Shown here: piece by piece, positions 12,301 to 23,801 of the stretch
How the letters are laid out: every line of letters starts with the position of its first letter
How positions within the stretch are numbered: the first letter of the stretch is position 1
Source of the DNA: Podarcis liolepis
Lineage: Eukaryota
Length of the DNA: 64,000 nt
Reading direction: 5' to 3' (one strand)
NCBI GenBank assembly: GCA_965112155.1
Contig: OZ218102.1
The notes under the pieces: generated by a model
Seen by the model: only the letters and a program-made list of their open reading frames with translations
Database searches by the model: none
Told to the model about the DNA's origin: nothing
Program-made: the position numbers and the translations under genes

Positions 12301-15300
12301 TGGCCATGCTGGCTGGGACTGATGCGACTTTGAGTCCAGCAGCATCTTAGGGCCACAGGTTTCCCACCCCTTGTGTAAATCAAGTATTTAAATAAACATT
12401 GTCATTGTCTTACAGGCAATGACTGATTTAGCAGTGTCCGAATGATGCATGATCACGCACACAGCACCAAACCCAGAAGTAGCCCTGAAGCATCATAAAG
12501 ATTTCCTGAAAAAGGGAAGAACGGGGGTGGAACAGAGTGGGAGTAGAATGGGCTTACGCACGCTACGCAAACACGCGCAGGGGTCCAGAACTGAACCCCC
12601 ATGTAAAATGAGAATTGCCTGTACTGCCCTTCTTATTTTCTTTTAATAAGGGGCTGATCTGCACTGTACTTGGACCAGAAAAGTTTTCACATACTTCCTT
12701 GGAGTTGTTGCCACATATGTGGGACACTTAGCAGAGGCTGTACCCAGGATACCAGGACTTAACATAAAAAAATTAAGGGAAAAATCTTAGCCAACACATC
12801 AGGCTCACCTTTGCGTTTCAGAGACATCAGGGAACGGAAAAACCCTGAGGATGTGCCAGGCAACTGGGGGTCCTCCTGTCCCATCAGCTGGGCTAGCTCT
12901 GCTCCAGGCAGGTCAATCAGCCGGGTGATGTTACTGACCACAAGCTCTGTGAATGCCTCAGGTTTCTCATGTCGCAGCTTCTCCACAAAGAAGTCTGGAT
13001 TGAAGATGATCTGATGCCGTTGAAGGGAGGAGTCATTGCAGATAACTAAACTGCAAATGGCATCACTAGGGAGAGAAACAAAGATACATTACTTTGGGAG
13101 ACATACCTGAACACAAACTAAAATACTCAGCTACGCAGGAGCCACCTGCAGATCTGGGGTAGGGAAACTATTTCAGCCCGAGGACAGCATTCCCTCATGG
13201 ACCGTCTTCCTGGGAGCCACATACCAGTGGAGGGTAGAGCCAGAGGCAGGTATGTGACTTTTTATACAGTAAGGTACAACCACCACATAAAGGTTTCTAA
13301 AACACACACACAAAGCTCTGCAGCAAGGCAATAAAGTGATATTACAATAATTAAGAATAGATTCAACCTAGATAAAAGCACTTGAGGATGCAGGGCTGAT
13401 GACGGGCTTTGGCCGTCCTGAGAGCTGAATAGAGAGGCTTGGAGGGCCACATTTGGTCCCCTGAGGCTTCTTATCCTTGCTGTAGATACCAGCACAACTT
13501 GCTGTAGATACCAGCACAACATGTATAAATCAAGTCAGGTGGGGCTGACCAAATAGCACATCATTTAGCAATCAACCAAGTACAACCTGCATATTCCTTC
13601 AGCATGGTCTCTGTTTGAGGGATGCACTCACCTGTCATATTACACATCTGACCCTACATATGGCAAGACCTTATAACTGGCCAAAGTTTGGTATTAAGAT
13701 CCTAATCAAAATACTTAACAAAAAGACCAACAATTTAACTTACACTGCAAATTACTAAGCCTGTATGAAAATAATCTAGAACAGATTTGAGGTAGAAATT
13801 GCATCATCTTCTGAGACGTGACATTCTGTGCCAGGTTTATCTCTATGCAAAGAGAGCAAATTCCTGTTTTATGAGGGGGTTCAATTGGACTCACAAATAT
13901 AATTATCTGTTTTCTTGGAGGTGAAGTATTATGAAAAATTTGTTGCAAGTCAAACATTTAAAGACACACAGGAAGAAAGGCTGTCACATGAATTTAACCA
14001 AATTATCTCTTATGCACTTGAATGCCGTGATGCAGTGGGATATTTTTATGAAGATTACCTGAAAGCCACCCCCTGTAGGTAATACCCTGCTGCAGTGCCA
14101 GCCTAGGGGTGAGTTGTAACTGGACAGTAGGTTCTGAATAATTGGAGCAATTAAGTTGGCAAAATCACTCCAAAAGCAGCAAAGCATGGAGAAGTACTGC
14201 TTTCTCCAATCACTTGGTGAGTTGGCTGCCAAGTGCAGTCTGATTCCAGTGCTGCTCGGTAGACTTCCCTGCAGTTTGACGTGCTTAACAAGCCGAGGAC
14301 AAGATGGAGCAGTTCAGCTCAAGCAGCTGGGAATGATTGTCGATTGACCTCCCACTTGCAGCACATTCTGCTGTCTTATACATGTCAGCCCAGGCCAGCT
14401 CCACCACTAAGTACGTTTTGTCCAAAATACATTGTAATCTAATTAGATCCAACTTCTCTCTACTTGCTTAATGCAGTAGTGTCTTCACCCAAGAAAACTG
14501 ATCGTTCCACAGAATAGCTATGCCAGTTATTCACCCTTCCCTCCCCAGTGTCTCAGTCATGATCTAGATATTAAAGAAAATCCACTGAACTAAATTTGAC
14601 TGTCATTCATGCAATACCTATTTGTGGGGTTTCAAATCTAAACTTCTAGGAAATCTGATAGCCCCTATTACTTAATAAACACAGAAAGTCAGATTGCTTA
14701 CACAAGTGCAGAAAGCTTCTGATGAGGCATTGGGAAGCAGAGACACAGCGAGAACTTGCTCCTTGTTCTCAGAAACAGATCTGCCTGCTCCAGCACAGCC
14801 TATGCAAATTCCATGCACACTAAACAACACAAAGACTCATTTATTAGCCCTCTTGGCACAAATGCATCAACCTTGATATGGAGCCAAAGCAGAACTCAGG
14901 CTAACCAACTTCTTCTCCACTTTTCCTACCCCACAGAAAGTGACAGATGGAACGCTAGGCATGTCACCTGAATCAGACTTGAACACTGAATGGAGAGAAG
15001 TGTCCTTGTCATATTCATTGACAGACTCTGCCCATGATTTTAAACAATTACTTTTAAGATTTCTTCAATTTTAAGCAAACCCTTACAATAGTTTAGACAT
15101 CGTAGTTGAAAATAGCTCTTGGACTCATGCTGGTACATTCCCCTCATTCATGTCCAGTATATTATGTGTATATGCATGGTGTGTGCGCGCGCGTGCGTAT
15201 TCACACAATATATAAACTCTCATCTCTACTGACTTTTCTTCCACATATTCTGCATAAAATTCTTGTCTTTGCCTTAGTACCTTCATGACTGTGCCCTACC

Positions 15301-18300
15301 TACCCTACCTGGTGGATCTGATGTCACTCACTGCTGGAGACTTCCAAAAGCTTGCAACCTTAGCACTTAACCCCAATTTTTTTTACTTCTTCCATTGACT
15401 TCACCATTCCCAGTTACTAGAAACCTTTCATGCATCATCTCCATCTAGACTTACCACATTTCTACTTTTCTTTATGCAGACCTTTGGTTGAGTGGATATC
15501 CTCCCTCCTCTTCAATTACTATCCTGGGCTGTTGTTTTGTCAATTGCATTACTGATGAATTTTGTGGTTATATTTTTTTAGGTTTTAATTCAATTGTACT
15601 CTTTTAGTTGTGATATTTTTCTAACCTGCCCTGGTTAGAAGGGCTGGTGAAAGGCTGGCTACAAGTAAAATAACAAAATAATTAATAAAAAGAAATCTTT
15701 TAAAAATCTCCCCTTTTCATGTTTTTCATTCCCCAGTGTGTAACTACATTGCATAAGATCGTGGGGCAGCCTGCCTCCATCATTTGTTGTCTCCCCCACC
15801 CAATTTATTTTTAAATTTTATTTTAGGTACTCTCAAAAACCTAACAATCAAAAGAAAACAATACCATAAATAATTAGAGGTTACATTCCATCTCTTCTTG
15901 TTGCCTTTTTCTCATATGAAACCAGCCTGAAGGATCTTTTGAGTATAGCTTTCCCCTTGTTTTAATTCTTTAATCCCCCATGCATTTGGGGCATACTGTA
16001 ACAAAGAAATGGGCTTGCAGTCCATTTATTGTCTTGCCCGGACAACTAAAATCCAACCCAATTTTATGATTAGAGACCTCACAGTTGGAAACAGCTCTAA
16101 ACCCCCTTATTCCGTGCTACATTTTACTGGGCTTTGTAATTTTGAAAGGTCACTTTATCAGCAACACTCCCCCGCACAAAAATATGCCTGCCTATTATTA
16201 ACGCTAATGAAATGGAAATGCGAGACAGTACATACAATCAGAACCCTTCTCACAGCCCAGTCCTGCACAATAGAAAAAGCCCTGTACTGCAGCCATGTTA
16301 AAGCAGGAGGAGGATGTGCACAGCCCACTCCCCCAGTTTGCATAATATTAGAAAAGAGCAGCTACTGGTGTGGGCAGGGGGAGCAATCTTGTTTGCTTTG
16401 CAGCTTGGATTCTCTGCTTTTATCACCATAGTATTACACCATAGTATTACAATCACCAGTGCAATAACCTTCAGTGTTACTGCTTTACCCCCTCTCTATT
16501 CTTTGCGTCCAATTAGAAAGTGGGTGTCCAGGAGAAGGAAGAAAAGATTATTTCGTTTTTGTGACCAAGGTTGAAGAAAAACCAAATTAGCAAGGGCAAT
16601 GTTTTGCTCATGAATGGGTTGGGGCGGGGGGGAAGGATGAGTGACAATGACATGAATGAGAAGACTTTTGTGAATGGAATAAAATCCTCAAGGACTTTGA
16701 TCTAGTGCCATAGCAAAACAAAGGGGAGCTGGGTTCAATAGAAAGACAGACTTATGGAATTATGTGATCGCTTTTATTGAAGCAACATCTAGGCATCTTA
16801 TAGTAGCATATAATATTTTTTCAGTCATACACAAGGCTGAGCCTCTGACAGCTTCCAGAACTTTTAACTTGGTGGTTAGGACCCTATGCTTAAGTACCTA
16901 ATACTTGGAGCTGAAATATCTGAAGAGCACCTCTAGTACGTACTGACTCGCCTGGGTGTTAAGGTCTGCAGTGTAGATCCTACAGGTGGTTTGGGCCATG
17001 ACAGAGGGTGGGAGGGCCTTCTTTGATGTGGCCCCCAGCTTGTGCAATGCTTTTCCTCTAAGATGCATCTGGTCGTATTATTGTAACTACATTGTCAGTG
17101 AGTCAAGACACACTTCTTTGCATAGGTCTTTGGGGGTACAGGATTAGTAAAGAATATGAATTCCACTGCAGTGCTGTTACTGATGTTGCTTGCTTTGATA
17201 TGCTTCAATTTATGGCAAGGCATGTTACTTGTATGTAATTCAACCTGGGATTACAGGGTGGTGTAGGCTATAAAATACATATAAATAAATATAAATAAGG
17301 TGAAGAACACCCACATGCATTCGAGGTAAGGCCACAGTAAAAGTTGATTGTTCAGTCACGGCAGGTACAGAGAGATATTAATAAGTAAAGGTAAAGGGAC
17401 CCCGACTATTAGGTCCAGTCGTTACCGACTCTGGGGTTGCAGCGCTCATCTCGCTTTATTGGCCGAGGGAGCCAGCGTACAGCTTCCGGGTTATGTGGAC
17501 AGCATGACTAAGCCGCTTCTGGTGAACCAGAACAGCGCACGGAAACACCGTTTACCTTCCCGCCGGAGTGGTACCTATTTATCTACTTGCACTTTGACGT
17601 GCTTTCGAACTGCTAGGTTGGCAGGAATTAATAAGTAGAACAGTTAATTTAACTATAAAAGATATTGCAAGGAGCAATTGGCCTCAGGGGGGAAATATTG
17701 ATAAGAATTGATTAAGCACAGAACTGTGTCTGCTTAACATATAAAATATTGACAAACTGTAATCTGTGGTTTGAACCATGGTATATTTGTATCAGTGCTA
17801 GGATACTTATGCTATCATCAGCTACTGTTTGGAGAATGAGAAGCTAATAATTATTACTGTTCATACTTTTTGCATTTCATTTTCCTCTGATTTTAATCCT
17901 CACCAATCATGTGTACATATACTTGCAATTCGGGATAACACTTCATGCATCTGAAGGATTGCAGCCCTTTAAGGTTATGCCATAAAATAAGTGTTAAGAA
18001 AACTTTCCTCCTGTAATCGCCAACTTCCAGAGGGTCAATATCAGAGCCTTGCAGCACCATAAAACTATTTCAAGGAATAAAGGCATTAAAAGTGATTGCA
18101 AAGAAAGGCCTTTTAACAATGAAAGGTGGTCAGAAAATAAACAATGGAGGAACCAACTGCTTAATAAAACATGCCTGTTGTGGAGAAATGAATACTGAGC
18201 ATTCATTTTGGCATTTCTTACAAACAGAGCCATAGTCATGCTGTCTGTATCAAAGCTAATGGATGACTTTGAAGATTACATTGTAAGATCAAATATAATT

Positions 18301-21300
18301 GCTCCAACTGCAGCTCCTAAAAAAAGAACTGGTGCTCCCTGAAAAATACAGCAGAAAATAAACTATTAACTCTACAGCAGACTTGCATCAAGCTTGAGCA
18401 AAGAAGCCATTTAACCTACAGGATGCGAAGAATAAACATGCTGAAGCCCTGAAAAAAAATCATAGAATCATAGAGTTGGAAGAGACCACAAGGGCCATCG
18501 AGTCCAACCCCCTGCCAAGCAGGAAACAAATCAAATGGTCACAAAGCAAGGAGGATGTTTCTAGAATAGAAATTTTATTTTATTAATAATAATAAATTTT
18601 ATTTATATCCCGCCCTCCCCAGCCGAAGCCGGGCTCAGGGCGGCTAACAACAATAAAACAGTACAACAGTACAACACAACACTCTAATATCATTCATTAT
18701 AAAATTAATTCAAATCAAACCAATGGCAGCCATTGGGCTGGAGCTCCGTGAAGATTGCCGAAGGAGGGAGTCAGGCTGTGCCCTGGCCAAAGGCCTGGTG
18801 GAACAGCTCTGTCTTGCAGGCCCTGCGGAAAGATGTCAAGTCCCGCAGGGCCCTAGGCTCTTGTGACAGAGTGTTCCACCAGATTGGAGCCACAGCCGAA
18901 AAAGCCCTGGCTCTAGTTGAACCCAGCCTAACCTCTCTGTGGCCTGGGACCTTCAAGATGTTTTTATTTGAAGACCGTAAGTTTCTCTGTGGGACATACC
19001 AGGAGAGGCGGTCCCGTAGGTACGAGGGTCCTAGGCCGTATAGGGCTTTAAAGGTTAAAACCAGCACCTTAAACCTGATCCTGTACTCCACCGGGAGCCA
19101 GTGCAGCTGGTATAGCACCAGGTGAATGTGATCTCGCAGCGAGGACCCCGTAAGGAGTCTCGCTGCAGCATTCTGCACCCGCTGGAGTTTCTGGGTCAGT
19201 CTCAAGGGCAGCCCCACGTAGAGCGAGTTACAATAATCCAGTCTGAAGGTGACCGTCGCGTGGATCACAGTGGCTAGGTCAGGGCGAGAGAGGTAAGGAG
19301 CCAACTGCTTAGCTTGGTGGAGATGGAAAAATGCCATTATTACACAAGGAACTTACCACCTTTCTTCTAGTAGTGGCACAACTATTCATAGCAATAAAAC
19401 CATATAAAAAACTGCAAAGAACTTGATCATCTACACATCACACAATGGAAACAGAATATGTGGACACTTGCTTTATCTGAGAAACTAACTAAGAGAGTAC
19501 ACGACCTGAATGATGCAACCAATATTTTGTTGCGATATGGCATCCCATTATAAAATATTCAACTAAATGCCCTGATGACTGACACCCACCAATTATGCAT
19601 ATAGATTTATGGGAAAATTTGACACCTTAGTATTCTATTCTAGGGGAGTAGGGAACCAATTGTTTTGAAAATGTCTTCTGGAAAATTAAAAAAATGTATT
19701 TAAAAAAAATAAATTATTCTGACTTGTTTCTTGCATAGTGTTGAAATGTATTGTTCCAATAATGGTTGAAGTAGCAACGGTTGTATTAACCCGTTAACAC
19801 ATTGCATTCATTTCTTGATATATTTACATCCCACATTTTCTGCAAGGAGCTAAAGATGGCATACATACTTCTTCCTCTCCCCATTTTATCCTCACAACAA
19901 GCCTATGAGTAGGTTAGTGCTGAGAGAGGTTGACTGGCCCACAGTCACCCAGTGAGTCAAGCAGAGATATGAAGCCTGGTCTCCCAGATTCTAGTCCTAC
20001 ACTGACCAGTACACCACATTAGCTCTGTATGAACACTATTCCTTTGAAATTAGGGCAGAAAACCACACTTTGTACTTTAGGTGGGCACACTGGCACGTGG
20101 AAAGACAGTGTGGCATAGTGGCTAGTGCCAGACTAGAAGCTAGGAAACCAAGGGTTCAATTCCTCACTCGGCCATTAAGCTCTCTGGGAGACATTGGTCC
20201 AGTCACTGTGTTTCAGCACTAACCTACTTATGGGCTTCTTGTGAGGATAAAATGAGGAAGGGGAAGAACCGTGTACATCACCCTGAGCTCCTTGGAGAAA
20301 AAACTGGTACTGTATATAAATGCAATAAATAAAATAAATATCTAGAAGAACCACATGTCAACTAGACTGGAACTTTTACATCTTCTGTATCTCTCCTTCA
20401 TCCCATCCCACAACCACCCCAAAACCTTTCCCAGTCCCGAATCACTAGGATTTCCCTTCATAAGAACATAAGACGAGCCCACTGGATCTAGTCCAGCAAC
20501 CTGTTCTCACAGTGGGAAAGCACTGTGAGCCTACTCTCCCCTCCTGAGGTTTCCAGCAACTGCTGTTTGGAACCCTTGCTGCCTCCAACTGTGGAGGTAT
20601 TGCACAGCCACATCATGGCTGGCAGTCATTGACAGCTCTCTCCACCATGAATTTGTCTAATCCTCTTTTCGAGCCGTCCAGGTTAGGGCCTATCACTGCC
20701 GCCTGGCAAGGCGAGTTCCATAATTTGACCAATTATGACCTCGTCTTTCATCTGTCCTAAATCTTCCAACATTCAGCTATATTGGATGCCCACGCGTCCT
20801 AGTGTTATGAGAGAGGGAGAAAACCTTCCTCTATCTATTATGCCACGCGTAATGTTATCAGATTCTTCTGTCATGTCGCCCCTTACTCACTCCCGTCTCT
20901 GCTCCACCCCAGACTTCCTCCTCGCCCAGGCGCGTCTAGAGGGAGAAGGGAGATCCGCCCCCCTTGCTCTCCTCAGCCCCTGGGCAAAAAGCAAGAGCAG
21001 AAGGGATGGGCTTCAGAGCATTGCACCTCCGCTCTATGAAACAGCTTGCCCTAGAGGCAGGACCACAGGCCCCACGTCCCAAGGCCCCACAAATGCTTGA
21101 GGCACCACAGCGAAAGCCTCGTATACCCTATGCCTTGTTTCTGTCTCAACCCCGCCCTCACCTGACCCACTTCAGCTTCTCAAAGACTTCTGGCCACGCT
21201 ACCTCGGCCCGCCCGGCGGACAGGCCGGCCGGCCGGCCGACCGACCTACCTACCTGCCCGCTCGTTTCTCTCCTCCTCTCCCCTTCAGAGCCGCCGCCGC

Positions 21301-21306
21301 CGCCAT
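6400..21306 (-). CDS. ARHGAP19: Rho GTPase-activating protein 19, coding exons 1-10
   Basis: Exons (GT-AG, phases consistent): 21254-21306, 12809-13065, 9708-9788, 9172-9381, 8645-8871, 8413-8499, 7641-7706, 6977-7168, 6740-6838, 6400-6510 (461 codons). The translation includes SDAICSLVICNDSSL..IFNPDFFVEKLRHEKPE, the RhoGAP motif LRVEGLFRVPGNS with the arginine finger, DVATLLKMFLGELPEPLL, NKMSAHNLALMFSPHILWP and KRARTRSFSGLIKRKVLG, all matching vertebrate ARHGAP19. Confidence 0.95.
12233..12372. mobile_element. Short palindromic hAT-like MITE
   Basis: gggtggagaacctgtggcc ... gactacaattcccatcatccc ... ggccacaggtttcccacccc; relatives near 1335-1470, 3255-3360, 27890-28025, 51100-51180 and 59327-59460. 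Confidence 0.65.
17388..17626 (-). mobile_element. Sauria-type SINE, 5'-truncated
   Basis: aaaggtaaaggg (ACCTTT tail on minus); body near-identical to the copy at 54367-54720; 11-bp TSD attaataagta at 17377-17387 and 17627-17637. Confidence 0.9.
18585..19337 (-). mobile_element. L2-clade LINE, 5'-truncated, with open ORF2 C-terminus
   Basis: ORF 18771-19337 reads RLDYCNSLYVGLP..QKLQRVQNAAARLLTG..LHWLPVEYRIRFKVLVLTFKALYGLGPSYL..RAFSAVAPIWWNTL, the typical L2 post-RT region; the 3' end has a short AT-rich microsatellite tail. Confidence 0.9.
19820..20340. mobile_element. Two diverged MIR-like/core SINE copies in opposite orientation
   Basis: tttatcctcacaacaa..aggttag..ctgagagag..actggccca..gtcacccag (19820-20020) and the reverse-type copy gtggcatagtggctag..gggttcaattcc..gtgaggataaaatg..aataaataaa (20105-20340). 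Related copies near 56140-56296 and 58838-59046. Confidence 0.6.
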
Positions 21307-21324
21307 CTCATATCTGCCGCCTTG

Positions 21325-21570
21325 CCTTCCGATTGGTCGCTTCAACTGCAAAAGCCTATTGGTCGTTTGCAAAATAGTCCCACCCGCCGCCGCCTCGTGG
21401 CCGCGCAGCCATTGGCCTGTTCGAACACGGCAAACGCCTAACGACCATTAGGCCTGGAAGCGCCGTTGAAAACCAAGGGGAGGGGAGGAGGAGAAATACC
21501 CCACAAAGACAAGTGGGCGGGGAGAGCAAACCCAGAATGGGGCTTTAAGCTTTCTGGGGCTTGTAGTCTT
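21325..21570 (-). promoter_or_regulatory. ARHGAP19 CpG-rich promoter with tandem CCAAT boxes, CHR-like and MYB-like sites
   Basis: ATTGG (CCAAT on minus) at 21332, 21358 and 21411; TTCGAA at 21420-21425; CCGTTG at 21463-21468; GC box GGGCGGGG near 21515; lies in a CpG-rich island around exon 1. Confidence 0.7.
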
Positions 21571-22784
21571 CTCGGCGACATTTCCAACGCCTTCTTGACA
21601 ACTACGGTGTTATGCTGTGACCTAGTAGGCGAAAGGAAGCGCTTTCAGCCCTTAGAAGTAAAAGCTCTCTCCCTCGTATATTTCCTGCGCCCTTAACGAA
21701 ATAGGTAGTAGTTGTCGCCATGGCAGGGAGATGCAGAGCTGGTGTGGCAAAAGGTCCACTTGTGTATGAGCTCTCTGCCCTTCCAAGTTGGTAGGTGTCC
21801 TAATAAGGTTGCCAACTAACCATTAAAATAAGCAGGCCAGGACTGCTCTTGCGCCTTCCCTAGTACGTCAAGACACAGAAATCAGCTGAGAAAGCACAGC
21901 TACAGGGACCAGTTCAACAAATTTGTATTCTACCAGTTACGGTCTTTCCCCCAAAAGCTGAACATATTTTAAAACTTTCTGCAGTGCAAACCTATTGTTA
22001 CTTGCACTATAAAAAGGCAGAGAGGTTTCCCGCCCCCAAGGTATTACAACTCCACATCAGCTAGCAGTGTATTTGATAAAATAAAAAAATAGCACAAATT
22101 AATTTGATTTCAAATGCCTGTGGAGGGGAAAATTTGTGTTTGTTGACTGCATTTGCATAAGATGTAACTGTTAAATGGCAAAAAAATACTATGTGCTGCT
22201 AGTCAAGGCCTACTGAAGACTCATCTTTTACCCAAATATTAGAATTAAAATAGTGTAAACTGTTGTGCTTGTTTCTGTAATGCCACTGGAACTATTCCAG
22301 AGTTAGTAGTTTTATCTTTATAGTATAGCTTTTAGGATTAAGTCTTCATAAAATCATAGAATTATAGAGTTGGAAGGGACCCAGAAAATCATCTAGTTCA
22401 ATCCCCTGCAATACAGAGATCTCAATTAAAGCATCACTTACAAGCATCTACAAAAGGAGGAATACTCTCCTCAGAGCTCACACCAAATCTGCCTGGTTCT
22501 GCATTGTCTCAAATGAAATGTCACTGTTGCAAACTAGATATTAAATGGCAACCCCATCCCTGACTCACATGCATCAAAAAATAGTTTGGTGCATTATGGC
22601 TTTTGTAGCTCTTGTCAACCTTTGAAATAAGAAAGGGTTGGGCGATTATTGCTCTGGGTAGTGACTCATGAACTGCCATGCAAACTTTTGCTGAGGTTTT
22701 CCCCCCCTGACATCTGCCTTGCCAGTGTACTCACGGTCCACCCCCAGCTTGTATTGATAGCTTGCAGATAAGGAGATAATGACT

Positions 22785-22951
22785 CCTGTTGATTTGTCCC
22801 AGCTGCTGCCAATCCAGCAGATCGAAAGCATACCAGCTTGAGTAGATAAACAGGTATCGCTGTGGTCATGCTGACTCTCTTGTCCCGAAAGAGATGAGTG
22901 TCTAATTCAACTGGACTCAACCGTCCAGGGGTCCTTTACCTTACCTTTACC
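22785..22951 (+). mobile_element. Older, diverged Sauria-type SINE 3' fragment
   Basis: gccaatccagcagatcgaaagca..gagtagataaacaggta..caggggtcctttaccttacctttacc tail. Confidence 0.7.
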
Positions 22952-23481
22952 TAACCAATGAAGGAAGTTAAGGATGCTTTGTGTTTCGTTAATTTATAAG
23001 ACTTGTGAGCAGCAGAGGGGGATTCAAACTCACTGTGTGAAGGGGTGTGTGTGGTTGCTGCCTGAGCAACTGGGACTGATTGCAGGAACTATGGCATGGT
23101 TTTGATTGTGTGGGGTGGACATTCTCCTCATTGTGGATTCACTGGCTCTGTCCCTGTGCATGTGTTGTGACTGGTACACTCCTTGACTGGGATGTATGTA
23201 ACAAGAGAACATATAAAATGGGCACATGGAACTTGGTTCAGAATTTCTCATAGCTTTCTGCCTCTGACTATAATACTACTATTTTCTAATTTTCACAAGT
23301 ACCAACCAGTCACTTTCCTCAAAGAATAAATCCTGAAATGCAGAGAAATGTTAAACTTCCTAGAAAGTTTAGCATAGTTCCCAAAAGCACAACTATGTTG
23401 CTAGTTCTGGCACTTTTCAAGCCAGAAAAAGTAGACAGATGGGGACAGCCGCTTTTACACAACCAACTTCCATTGGTTACA

Positions 23482-23487
23482 TTTATT
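23482..23487 (-). terminator. Probable RRP12 polyadenylation signal AATAAA
   Basis: tttatt on the + strand, about 315 nt beyond the RRP12 stop codon. Confidence 0.6.
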
Positions 23488-23801
23488 GCTCAGAAGTTCA
23501 TTACACTTCTCTCTCTTGCACAAAGTTCAAGGCTAGATGAAGCACACATAGTTGTGCAAAAAAATGGCAGTAGCATCTGGTGAGAAGAGCCCTACTGCGT
23601 AGCTCCATAAATAGTAGAAGGGAGTCTGGGCTAGAATATACATCTTCACCGTTTTTTGGCTGAGAAAAGTATACACTGCAACTGTGTGGAATTAGTGATC
23701 TCATTCCACTTTCAAAGAGCAGCTCAGGTTGTGAGGTGGCAGCAACCAGATCCAGAGTCAGGAACTGCACCCCAGAGGAGTTTCGAGGGGATCTGTCTTC
23801 T

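Noticed and set aside
21720-21794. Short + strand ORF with Kozak gccATGG upstream of ARHGAP19 as a FRAT remnant
   Set aside because: Only 24 codons, with no similarity to FRAT (no MPCRR start, acidic stretch or GSK3-binding motif).
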